Shown here: one piece after another, positions 51,861-64,000 of the stretch
Numbering within the stretch: position 1 is the first letter of the stretch
Layout: the number at the start of each line of letters is the position of its first letter
From: Octopus bimaculoides
Lineage: Eukaryota
Direction: 5' to 3'
Assembly (NCBI RefSeq): GCF_001194135.2
Contig: NC_068981.1
Coordinates: 179,468,363 to 179,532,362 of the forward strand
Length of the DNA: 64,000 nt
Made by a program: the position numbers and the translations under genes
The notes under the pieces: generated by a model
Seen by the model: the letters and a program-made list of their open reading frames with translations, nothing else
The model's database searches: none
Told to the model about the DNA's origin: nothing

Positions 51861-54092
51861 AAGGATAATTTTTCTCGCAAGCATGGAGACAAAGTTAAAA
51901 ATGTGTTCCGTTTATTTGCTTCCGAAGCCAATTATAGAACCCATCATATTTGGTAAAGCCGCATTCTTTACGTAAGTGTGTATGTAGGATGGATGAATGA
52001 GAAGAAAAAGTAGAAAACTTACTCTATTTCTTCAGCACATGCATATATATNNNNNNNNNNNNNNNNNNNNNNNNNNNNNNNNNNNNNNNNNNNNNNNNNN
52101 NNNNNNNNNNNNNNNNNNNNNNNNNNNNNNNNNNNNNNNNNNNNNTATATATATATATATATATATTTCGTTACTACTCCTCATATTAATAATAATGATA
52201 GCGTTCATCTCCAGAGAACTACGAATTGCATTCGACCATCATGCGTTGAACATATAAAATTCGAAACTTAATTTTATATCAGTATCCTCATCTACTCGAG
52301 CTGAGATAGCTTTCATAAAATCTAAACTTGATTGATTTAAGCCTTTTATGAAAAATACAAAGTCGTTATAATAAATTCCTTGATGATTTCTTCTCACTTA
52401 TTACCACCTTGAACGACCTTCGTCTTATCTTAATTATTACCCCAAATATGTCCTTCAAAATTTACTTCCTCTTTCCCCTGTTGTCGAAAATATTGTCTTC
52501 ATATTTATAAAAACCCTCCAAAATTTATTCCAATCTTCCCTCAAACAATACAAAATATTTTAACCTTTTATTTTTGATTATATCCTTATAATTTCTCTCA
52601 CTTGCTACCTCCGCTACGTATATTTATTTTAAATCCAGTATATATCAATTTATAATAACTTTAATTGTGTATTACTTAAATTTGAAACAACCTTTTCACG
52701 GGGCACAAAATATTTCGACTTTACAGGAAGTGAAATGCAATGTTATAGAAATCTTGGTCTTCCAAAAATATTCTTCAAGAAACTTAAATGAGTATCTAAA
52801 TCGTGTCGCAGAATTGATTAGTTTTTTTCTCTAGATCACCAAACGTTCCCGATAATTAATATTGATTGTATAACTCAATACCAAACTAATATTGTTTTAA
52901 AAAGTTCATCTAAATATTAATTGAATCTTACTTTTTAATTAATAAGTTAAGCAAATACTTTAAAGGGATATTTAATATTTAAAGCACAGAAAAATTGAAT
53001 ATGCTATAGTTGAGTACCTTTTCTGTTTGAAGTAATGTAATTAAAGTATCAAATTTGCTTAATTTGTTTCTTTTATTAAATGTTTTCTCCAAAAATATAT
53101 TCTACTTCCCTGTTTTAAGTAGTGTCCATTCTTTGTTCATTCTGCATCAAAATATCTATTACTGGTTCAATCACAGTTTATATATGCTGTTGCTTCTGCT
53201 TCTCTTGTGCTTTAAATCAGCTCTAACTGCATGTAAAACAATAAGACCCAAATACATTCCAGCCGTGGCCGGGGGATCTGATTATGTTTATTTAGACATA
53301 ATTTATAAAGAAATAAAAATATCTCAGTCATGCAGCAGTGTCTGATTTGACAGAGTTTTGACTGCTATTTTTGAAATGCTGATCAGTTGTACAATGACTC
53401 TGAGTTTGGCTCGTACTATTTTATATAGTTCTGAAAAGCATTACCATGTTTGTTGATTCTGTTTCACTTGCTGAAGTGTATACCCAAAGCTCTATGCACG
53501 AGAGAATGATATCGATTACAAAGCATTTGAACGTTTTTTTTTTGTGTTTTCCTGTATTTTTTAATATGCGATATATTTCAGTTACGACTGTGGATTCTAT
53601 AGCTTTATATCTCCCATCAGCTAAAATACTTAAGAAATGTAAATATTGGGAAACGTTTACAAATAAGGACGTAATAATGATGTTGTACTTATATAGACAC
53701 ACTGAATAATCGTTTTGAGTTCAAATATAACTGGATTCACTCAAAAGCTTTAATCTCACCGCAATCAATAAAAAACAAACAATTTCTCACTCCTTCAATT
53801 TTCTTGTCGTTTTACCAATGTAAGAAATATTATAGACGAAATAATTCATGGACTGTCACTTTATGTAGCAATGTGTCTAGCAATGTACTCAGCATTAAAT
53901 TGATTGCTCTAAAGTTTTAAACCATAACATCAAAGTAAGGAAATATACATTCCGAGCATGTATATTAGATGAAGCGTAGTCCTATATATTTAGTTTCTTA
54001 TTCTATTTTTTTATTTTCTACTAAATTTAATGAACCATGGAACCATTATACAGCAACTTCATACTATTAAAGGATTTCTAATAAGCAAACAA

Positions 54093-54224
<132 letters not shown>

Positions 54225-55388
54225 TTCACTATTTTTGTTTTCATCTAGTGATTTTAAGTTTCTCTAATAAATACGTATTTTCACCTGCTTCACGAGCTAT
54301 TAACTGCTAAATTGGTTATAGTTGTTGGCAAAGTTTGAAAATAAATAACTCTCTTTACAACATGAATACATAACACTAATGATTAAAACCACACGTTTTT
54401 AATATTAACAAACCGAAATTTGAATATAAATTATTAACGGGTCCACATAAGGAGGATGATCAAATGGTTGTTTTTTTCTCCTAATAGTTTTTCAATTAAT
54501 TTTGTCTATTCTAGAAACAAATTATCGTCCATTAAACAAGAATACACATACTTTAGACGTAAATTCTATAACTGTTGAATGACTGTTAGTTTTAACCTTG
54601 TGGCCTATTGCCAATATCAGAAACCATTTTTTACACTGTGTATGTGGAAGGCAGAGCAGAAAAACAATTTCTATAAGACAATGAAAACTATAATTTGCAT
54701 CAAGCTAATTTAGAGGGCTTCTGTTTGTTGGAATGAATGTAAAAAATTTGGATTCTGTCAACAACAGAAACGCTTTGCGCTTGGCAAATACTCATCAGTT
54801 TCGTACGATACTAAATTCAAATTCACTAATTAATTTGTATTACAGACCTAACATAGGATAATCCATAATTCTTATAATTTCAAAAGTATAATTTTCGGTG
54901 GTAATCAAGTGACACCAAGTTAATGGATTCTCCATAAAATGCAATATTATTTCCCAGGACGTATATATTACGTATCTTTCGATGTGTTCATACAGATTGA
55001 GATAGCCGCCAATTAAATTATGTTCCTTTACAAGAAAGTAAAATGAACAATGTCTTCTGGAGCTGTGTCAGGAAAAAAATCAATTAGAATAAAATATTTA
55101 ATGTAGAAGAACAGGAGGGATAGTAAATAAAGTATATTCTAATGGTGAGTTCAACTATTGAACCCATCATTATGTTGCGGTTGACATAGAAATTCCGCAC
55201 AACAATGTAACCTTCAGTTCATTCAGATGATCTCAACCGGATGATTATGTAGGTTTGACATTAGCTCATTGCATAACAATTACATTTCTACCTTCAGCTT
55301 GCTAAAAAAAAACATATTTAGCGTGCATTTTAGAGACAACAACAAAAACAATGTTAAAATGGAGGACCAAGATGAAGAGGAAGACGAA

Positions 55389-55413
55389 AAAGAAAGAAAG
55401 AAAGAAAAAATAA

Positions 55414-55445
<32 letters not shown>

Positions 55446-55516
55446 AGAAGAAGAAGAAGAAGAAGAAGAAGAAGAAGAAGAAGAAGAAGAAGAAGAAGAA
55501 GAAGAAGAAGAAGAAG
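55389..55516. repeat. (GAAA)n-(GAA)n polypurine tract
   Basis: Direct reading. Confidence 0.95.
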
Positions 55517-56790
55517 GGAGCATGTTCGACAAAAAGCACAAGGTACCTTTCACTAGAAATTTGATATTTCAAAGTATTTCTTGACTACTCCAAAAACGTT
55601 TATTTAAACGGATTATATAAGAGCGAATCCTATGAAAGACTGTCACGACTTGTTTAAAGATAATTGCCCATTGCTGTATTTGAGAAACCGTGAAAGGTTT
55701 TCTTTTATATGATTAATGTTATGCATATTGTTTGGCAATGTATGATAACGCTAATCTATTTACTAATACATTACATTTCGAATAAACATCATATCATTGC
55801 ATTCAACTGAAGTTTAAATTGAGAACTTACATCTTGAATTTGATGCATAGGTGCGAAGAATAGAACGTCAAAAAAAAAAAATCTCAGTTTGACTCCAATC
55901 GTAATATAAAGAAAATTATACTATAAATAAATCGCCGAGATTTACTTTTGATATGTGGTGAATAAATCAGAAAAATCAAATTTAGACACAATATGAATAC
56001 GTTAAGATACTGCATTCCCATTTTACAGCAACACTCTGCTCAGCAAACGAAATTAAGACATCAAGAGGAAATAATTTTAAAGAAACTCTAGGAAGGACTA
56101 ACTAATTGATATTCTTAGCTGTTTAAAAAGGAGAAAGATAACAGCATGACAATAGAATCCCTAAAAGGAAGATACTTTGAAAAAGCAGAAATTATGATTA
56201 AAGAAACGAACCAAGAAAATATAAATATTAACAAGTCGCATTGAAAGGATAAATCTAACACGAGCGAAATAACAGAAACAGAAACTGGCATGGATTTTTA
56301 AATATAATGGAAATGAGATGCAAGAATGAAAACAATTCTAAGGATGGTAATTATACTTAAAAAGAAATCAATCTAAATGTGGGCATTATTTAAAAATTAA
56401 AACCTATTGAGTATTTTAGTATGAACCAATAACGGTGACACCCGACGATAAATTGCAAAGACGAACTAGCAGCAGCAATACAATAATGCGATCCTATGAT
56501 CGAAGTCTCTAAGAAAACAGATCCCAGCATCAACTCTACACGGCTAAACGAAACAATGTATAAAACATCCTTGGTAATTACAAAAGAAGTTGCGTAGTAA
56601 CTCAGATTTACTGATATAGATCTACTTCAAATCCCAAGCAATGAACATGAATAACTAACATACAGAAATGATTTATCGATACTTAATAAAATCCATGCTA
56701 AAGGACAATTTTGTAAAAGAGAAGATATTACAATAGAAATTTTTAAATTGACAATAACAAGGTTCAAAATAGAAAGCCTAAAATAATAGT

Positions 56791-57216
56791 TACTGTAAAT
56801 CCTCGAGTATAGTCCGCCCTTGGGTATAATACGCAAGAGATTTTTAGGGGGCTGTACCTCTGAAAAATCTAAATCTTGTGTATAATACGCACCCCTTCTC
56901 TAACTTGAGTCAAGGAGGTCTATATAACATCCTTGGTTTGTAAACGTATATACGGTAACGTCCTTTATTATTATTGTATATATAACATAATGCAAACGTG
57001 TAGCTTTTTTGTGCACTTTGCAGAAAATAAAGAAATAACAGTAATAACGTCAGTGAAAAATAAATATTAAGTAAATTACCTTTACATATTTATCACTGAA
57101 GAAATTTTGTTTAGAAAACATTTTTCATTTTTAACCTCGTATATAGTACGCACTAGAAATGTTGACCTTTAAAGTTTGGTAAAAAAAGTGCGGATTATAC
57201 TGGAGGATTTACGGTA
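56791..57216. mobile_element. pogo/Tigger-like MITE
   Basis: 27-bp inverted ends including TA: tactgtaaatcctcgagtatagtccgc versus reverse complement taccgtaaatcctccagtataatccgc (24/27). No ORF. Confidence 0.8.
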
Positions 57217-58208
57217 CTCGTTAAATGACAAATAATACGCCTATTTCAAAGCCGCAACGTTAGTAAAAATCAATGCATGTAACTAGGGTAGAAATATATG
57301 CAGGAAAAATATGGTATATATCATATATTCGCTAAAACAGTTTTAGAGAATATGTTAGTCCTCATGCACAGAGTAGTCAAATTTCATTGACCGGATATTG
57401 TTGTTAAATATCTGGTCAATGAAGGTTGACCGGATACTTAACAAAAAGAAGGTTCGTGTGAATCAAAATGTTTGTCCCATACAGATGATATTGTATTCCT
57501 AAATGAAATGCGGAAATTAATTAAATAGTTAATAGAAATAGGTCTGGAAATAGAGATAGCCACAAATCGTGTATAACAGCAGAATAATCCCTACCGTAAT
57601 AGATGCCTATAATGATATAGAATATGTAAATAAATTATATAGAATATAATGAGACTTACACAATGTACAGAAAATAGCATTACCTGGCACTGATGCTATT
57701 ACATAAATTACTGAAAATAAGATAGAAAACACAAAACCAAAACGAAGTACCACACGTACCCATAGTACATAGATTTGCCTCGGTTTGCAACGAAAGCAAA
57801 CTAGAAATATAAGGCTTCTGAAAAATATTAATAATTTATTTATATTAGTAATTATATCTCATCAATGAATTCATTGTGATGTGTTCGTATTTGTCTGTAA
57901 ATATGTAACATTGACGTTTCATACGAAGATTAATATTCCATTTTTCTTTGAAGGTTGATAGTAAAACCAAATCTAATCATATTGTTTGTCGGGTTACAGT
58001 TTTCAAATGTTTTATGGAATCTACTATAAATTCTTTTGTTTCAATTGAGCCTAACGCTTACGAATGTAAAATATCAATTATTTCATAGTTCATGAGCATG
58101 AACACTCATAGAACATCAACCTTCAGTAATCGGTGTCGGCAGCGTCCCTCTTGTTACAAACGCATACGAAAACGCACACATACACTCACGCATAAATAAG
58201 TATATCCG

Positions 58209-58255
<47 letters not shown>

Positions 58256-59910
58256 CACATGCACATACACATACACACACGTATATATATTTATATATAT
58301 ATACATGTATACTATATAGTAATTCATTCATTTATTTATATGGTATTCTATATATCTTACTTAACGTGGATATACTGTAGAAAACTAGAAAAGTGTGGTT
58401 TTTGTTTCGTATAGTCGTATATTGGTAAAAAGACACGGGAATATATCAGTAGTAGAGGAAAAGCATCTGATTGTGACGATAAAATTGCTAAGTCCAGATT
58501 TCTCCTACTCTGAGCACCACCAGAATCAATTATCCACTAGGAGATAGAAAACAGTGATTATAAACCTCTGTGGAGGCACAGTTATCCCGTAGGCTTGGTA
58601 ACAAACACATATTGTAATGGTTCTCCATTTTGTCTGCGGATGATCGTCATTGACTTATATAAGTCGCCTAATCTCTAAAAGGAACTTTCGAGTCGTTTGT
58701 ATCAAACAAGAAAATGAAATGTATTCATAATTATTTAATAGGATATATATTAAAATATACAGTCTAACTAACTTAGATTTAACAGAGATTTTCTAATACA
58801 CGCTGTTTGTGTATAAAAGTATTTATAAAATATATAGTAAAATCTCCGATTAATGGACGATACGCTTATTAACGAAGACGGATTAAGGGAATTGACTTTT
58901 AATCCGAAGAGAGGACGACTATTTATGAAGCATATCAAGATTGGGTAATTTCCTGTCTTTTCTCTGGGCGAAGAGAATAACAAGATCTATACACATTTGA
59001 TTAGTTCTATCGTATAGGGGTTACTCATTGTAGCATGGCTATATTAAATTTACCATATATTTCCGTATGTATATGCGTATCCGCCTGTGTGTGTATGTGT
59101 GTGAGTGTGTATTTCTCAGTGTGTGCGCGCGCGCGTAAGTGTGTGTAAGTTGCGTGTGCATGTGTGTTTGTGCGTGTGCGTATGTATGTGTATAAGGGTA
59201 TATACATTGTTTTAAACAATTTTCTGCACACGTGCGCATGAATGGTATCTATGGCGAGATGATACTTGCTGCTTCGTAAACCCATATTGAATATACCCAT
59301 ACATATGTACCTGTATATATATATATATATATATATATACTATACTATACTATACAAAGTGTGGGAGGTTACTTCATTGGTGATCTAAACATCTGGGTAT
59401 GCTAAGTAAGTGGTGTAACGGATTACTGGGGCTCCAAGTTTATAGCCGAGACGGTATTTATGGACCCAATACAGATTTCCGAAACAGCGGATATATAATT
59501 GTTTATGCATATATATATATATACATACATACATATATATTTACGTAGATGTAAATGCACACACGTACGCACATACACGCATGTACACATACGCATACAC
59601 ACACACATACAGATATGTGTGTGAATGTCTATACATGTATATGTTATTATATCCTTTACCTTGCTTCAATCACAGAACTGCGACTGCGCAGGTTTTCGTT
59701 TGAAAAGGTTTTGTTAATCAGATCAGACCCATTACTTATTTTAAATACAATAATTAGTCTACCAACCCACGAATCGAAAGAAAGCTAGTTGGAGACAATA
59801 ACTGCCCACTCTCAAACGCACATTCACACGTACACACACACACATACATACAAAAATAGATGTGTACATATACATATATACGTGCGTGTGTGTGTGTGTG
59901 TGTGGGGGTA

Positions 59911-59956
<46 letters not shown>

Positions 59957-61374
59957 TGTGTGTGTATGTGTATTTCCTCAACCAAATTCACGCAGAATGC
60001 ATAGGTCATGTCAGTTTTTCGTTGGAGAAACTTGAAGTGCCGCAATTCACCGGAGGGCACTTGAAACTACATGTTGATCGGTACTAGCAGATATGTCTAT
60101 TTAATCCACCAAAAGATATTTTGTAACTGATTTTATATTCGCACAAACAGACAGACACACATACATACACACAAACATACATACATATACATACATACTT
60201 TATTCGTGTTTGGGTGTGTACATAAATAGCCCATAAGCATATATAAAATTAATCATTTCACGGTAAGCATTTCACAGTAAGTTTAAATACTGTGGTGCCA
60301 AAAGTCATCGATTCGCTTTTCCCGCCGTGTAAGATCTTAACTTCGACATTAAAATATATTTTAAATTCTGTTATTCGAAGTATATCAATTTCTACCTCAC
60401 ATAAAACCCAAACTTAATGTGAATTCTTACAATCATTGCAGCTTTTATTTCAAGTTATATCCAATACTAACGCAAATATCAATCTTTATATAATAACCCA
60501 AATCCTGAGCGCTAATATTGAAAACTATTGAATTCTGCATCTTAAAGATTTAAATCCAACTATATGGCTTAAGTACACTTATTCATGTATTTTTTACGTA
60601 CTGTTCTGTCACCGAAATATATGTTAATGAACCTGTGTATAATGTGATCTTATTTAAAGAAGTAAATAGAATCTCAGCTTGCAGCAAAATATTCATACAC
60701 CATTCTAAATTGTAGCCATGGTTTCAAACTCCATCATAAGTCATTTGCGAATATACGTGGTAACTGATAACTTCGGCGTACAGTAAAATGCATAGCACGC
60801 ATTTCCCGCAGTTATTAACTCAATATAGAGATTATTCAGTCAGTCAGCAAGAAGTTATCCTTACCTCAACAGAGAGCTTCTATTACTGCATAAAAGAACA
60901 AACATTTAAATATTATAACTAATAAATAAAAACAAGAACCTACGGGCAGAATTAAAATACGATATATGAATATTTACATGATAAAATAAACAGTATAAGG
61001 TACTTCAGTAAAATACCGTTGAATCATATAAATTTAAATAACTACAAGAGAAGCTATTACTACTGCCAAGTATAAAAACGCAAAATCATTCCTGCCTTGC
61101 TATGAACATGTGAAGAAGTATTATAAATTACTGTTTTTGCTTCAATCTGTCTTTCTCATTATGTATACATATAATGATATGACGCATACACACACGCACA
61201 TATATATAGCCATAATATAATATAACGTATAATATAATACACACACACACACACATTCACTACGTGACACCGGGGGTTTCTGATATAAGCATGCATTTAA
61301 GGTGGCGAAGTAGAATAATCGTTAGCACGCCGGGCAAAATGCTTGACAGAATTTAGTCAGTCTTTACGTGCTAT

Positions 61375-61552
61375 ATTATTTACATTATTTATATTATTTA
61401 CATTTGACGGATATTTGTCCTCATCCTATTTGTTGTTAACACAACGTTTCGGCTGATAAAACCCTCCAGCCTTCATCAGGTGTCTTGGGGGAAATTTCGA
61501 ACCTGGCTTCTCATTCCTAAGGTATTTTTCGATGTTATTATTATTGTTATTA

Positions 61553-61586
<34 letters not shown>

Positions 61587-61651
61587 CATTATTATTATTA
61601 TTAGGGCGTGGGCTACAAACCCAAAATTCCGAGTTCGATTCCAGGCAGTGA

Positions 61652-61713
<62 letters not shown>

Positions 61714-61901
61714 TCGAAAAATACCTTAGGAATGAGAACCCAGGTTCGAAATTTCCCCAAGACACCTGATGAAGGCTGGAGGGTATATCAGCCGAAACGT
61801 TAACAACAAACAAGATGAGGACAAATATCCGTCAAATGTAAATATTGTAAATAAAGTAAATAATGTACATAATTCCTCATCTCTTAGATATAGAACTGTA
61901 T
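61375..61901. mobile_element. Inverted pair of a tRNA-headed, hammerhead-tailed short retroelement, inserted into a SINE
   Basis: About 61375-61600 is the reverse complement of about 61655-61865. A B-box-like GAGTTCGATTCC lies at 61631-61642, then (AAT)n, then the tail. Flanked by tttacgtgctat (61363-61374) and tttacgtcctat (61902-61913). Confidence 0.75.
61438..61484 (-). ncRNA. Minimal type I hammerhead ribozyme motif (Penelope-like-element type), core intact
   Basis: RNA reads GACAC CUGAUGA A GGCUG(GAGGGUUUUAU)CAGCC GAAAC GUU GUGUU. Helix I is GACAC/GUGUU, helix II is GGCUG/CAGCC, both conserved core strands are present, and helix III is reduced to palindromic ACGU. NUH triplet is GUU. 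Confidence 0.7.
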
Positions 61902-62098
61902 TTTACGTCCTATGTTCAAATTCTGCTGAGCACTTCCTTGCCCCTCATCCTTTCGGGGTCCATAAAATAAGTGCCGATCAAGCTCTGGGGTCGATTGACT
62001 TACCCGCTCCCCAAAATTACTGGCCCTCTGCCAAAATTCGAAACCATTATAAAGAAGCATCTCCCCACTCTTTCTATTTGTCTGTGTGTCTCTCTGTT

Positions 62099-62164
<66 letters not shown>

Positions 62165-62175
62165 NNNNNNNNNNG

Positions 62176-62219
<44 letters not shown>

Positions 62220-63041
62220 TCTCTCTCTCTCTCTCTCTCAGTACGAGACTGAAGAGGTATCAGGAGGTAATAACCAACATTACTTTGTAAAGCAATGGAT
62301 TTCAGTAACTTGTGCTACTTAACAATAGAAAAATTTATAAATCTGATATAACAACATAGTAACAATGTTACTACGCCATCTTTGTTAATGTTACCTTTAA
62401 TTCTATTATTTCTCCAGTCATATCATCATTCACTCATTCATAATTTACCTGTCAGATTCGCTATCTTTCTCTAGGTATCTCCAAATTACTATAGATGTAA
62501 ACATGCTAGCATAATGATCACGTGTCGACAAGAAGTCCCAAATTTGTTTGTCTTTCTGTCTCTCTCTGTCTCTCTCTCTCTCTCACTCGCTCTTGCTCTA
62601 TTTCTCTTCCTCTCTCATCCCTTTTCTTTGTATTTATATTTGTTCTCTTATTCCTTTATTATCTCACCTGTATTAATCATTGCATTAATTTTTTTTAAAA
62701 TCTATACTTGTTCTCTCTTTGTTACCGTTCTGTTTTTGAAGAGAATGTAAACGAACCAGCCTCGGTGGTCAAGTAGTTGGACACAAATACGAAGGCACCC
62801 ACTCATACGTGCATTTACATACATACATACATACATATAAACACATACAAAGCACTTACTTATATATACATACATTTATGCACACACACACTCACACACA
62901 CGCACACAAACACACACGCACACACACAAACACACACGCACACACACAAACACACACACACACACACACACACATACACACACATATATATATATATCAT
63001 ATATTACAGAGGGGGAGCGCTAAGCAGTCATAAGTAGAATT

Positions 63042-63457
63042 GTAATGTTAATTATCAGTCCGAACATGCTTGATGCACGTTCGAATTGGAGAACAAGCTA
63101 ATCACTGCATTTTGTCACGGAGAATATATCTCGCTTGCTGACAAATGGTGTATATACACCTAGAATACTTGTAGCGCCACCTACCTCGACTGTGAGATGC
63201 AAGCATCTCGGAGCAGTTATCTCGTCTTCGGTCACAGACAACAGGCAGACAATGCTAGTGTCTGTCACCGTAGAGGAGATAATTACTCCGAAATGCTAGC
63301 ATCTCACAGTGTAGGTAGGTGGCACTACGAGTTGATCTAGGTGTATACATACGATTTCTTTACAAGGGAGGTGTATTCTCCGTGACAAAACGCATTGAGT
63401 AGCTTGATCCCCAGTTCGAACGTGCATCAAGTATATTCGGACCGACAATAACATTAC
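63042..63457. mobile_element. Foldback/MITE-like element, almost entirely palindromic
   Basis: Left arm 63042-63240 is an imperfect reverse complement of right arm 63259-63457; 18-nt loop. Confidence 0.85.
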
Positions 63458-63484
63458 ACTACATATATATAAGTGTATGTGTGT

Positions 63485-63608
<124 letters not shown>

Positions 63609-64000
63609 AATTTCCATCTAACAAATTTATCCAGGAGACGTTGGACGGCCCGAAGTTGTAGTCTGTAGTATAAGAAACATTTCCAAGCTGCAGCGCAATG
63701 GGATTGAGTCCAAAGCAAGGTGGTTGCGAAGCGAAGTTCTGAACCACACGCGCATATATATGCCCGATGAAGGCAACCAATCCGAAACTTTGACGTCTCT
63801 ATCAAACATTTCTCTGTAAAATGTATATCTGTGTCTTTATGTTTCTGCGTCTTTTATTAAACTCACATACATGACAAAGCCCTGTTTTTGTCTACTTATT
63901 GCATCTTAATTCTTTTTGTACGTTTTACATGGTCTATTCATTGCACTGCGTTCATGCTGGTGCTTCGTCTTGAAGGCTTCAATGGTAATCTAGCAAATCG

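Larger units (their letters stand above)
61301..62050 (+). mobile_element. SINE family 1 copy split by the 61375-61901 insertion
   Basis: Head ggtggcgaag..aatcgttagcacgccgggcaaaatgctt stops at tttacgt; the body resumes at 61902 with tttacgtcctatgttcaaattc...cctttcggggtc. Confidence 0.8.

Noticed and set aside
55269-55572. Poly-Arg, poly-Ser and poly-Phe ORFs
   Set aside because: Translations of a (GAA)n microsatellite.
55980-56620. A-rich stretch resembling a decayed LINE
   Set aside because: No reverse transcriptase or endonuclease motif recoverable in any frame.
58862-58960. Short plus-strand ORF MDDTLINEDGLRELTFNPKRGRLFMKHIKIG
   Set aside because: Only 31 codons, with no recognisable family or partner exons.

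Overview
AT-rich, intron-dominated eukaryotic DNA with 11 N-gaps, most flanked by (TA)n. The tRNA-derived SINE families and microsatellite load point to an octopus (coleoid cephalopod) genome; this is an inference. The only firmly supported gene is a minus-strand nuclear receptor. Its C4 zinc-finger DNA-binding domain is split over exons 9937-10050 and 4318-4462 and is PPAR (NR1C)-like. A candidate next exon (acceptor at 3168) adds an RAR/ER-like T-box (GIRRDRNFKK) rather than the PPAR-type AVRFGRMP, then a hydrophobic tail and a stop. Two phase-compatible ATG-bearing upstream exons (40215-40352, 26412-26561) suggest alternative N-termini. No ligand-binding-domain exon is visible. The rest is repeats: at least three SINE families, a full-length decayed mariner, a maT/Tc1 fragment, a pogo-like MITE, an R4/Dong-clade non-LTR element with a 19-bp target duplication in (TACA)n, and two near-perfect foldbacks. 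The most notable structure is a tRNA-headed short element whose tail carries a minimal Penelope-type hammerhead ribozyme motif. It has three copies here, one with an intact core, and two of them form an inverted pair inserted into another SINE. Most listed ORFs are microsatellite or gap artefacts.
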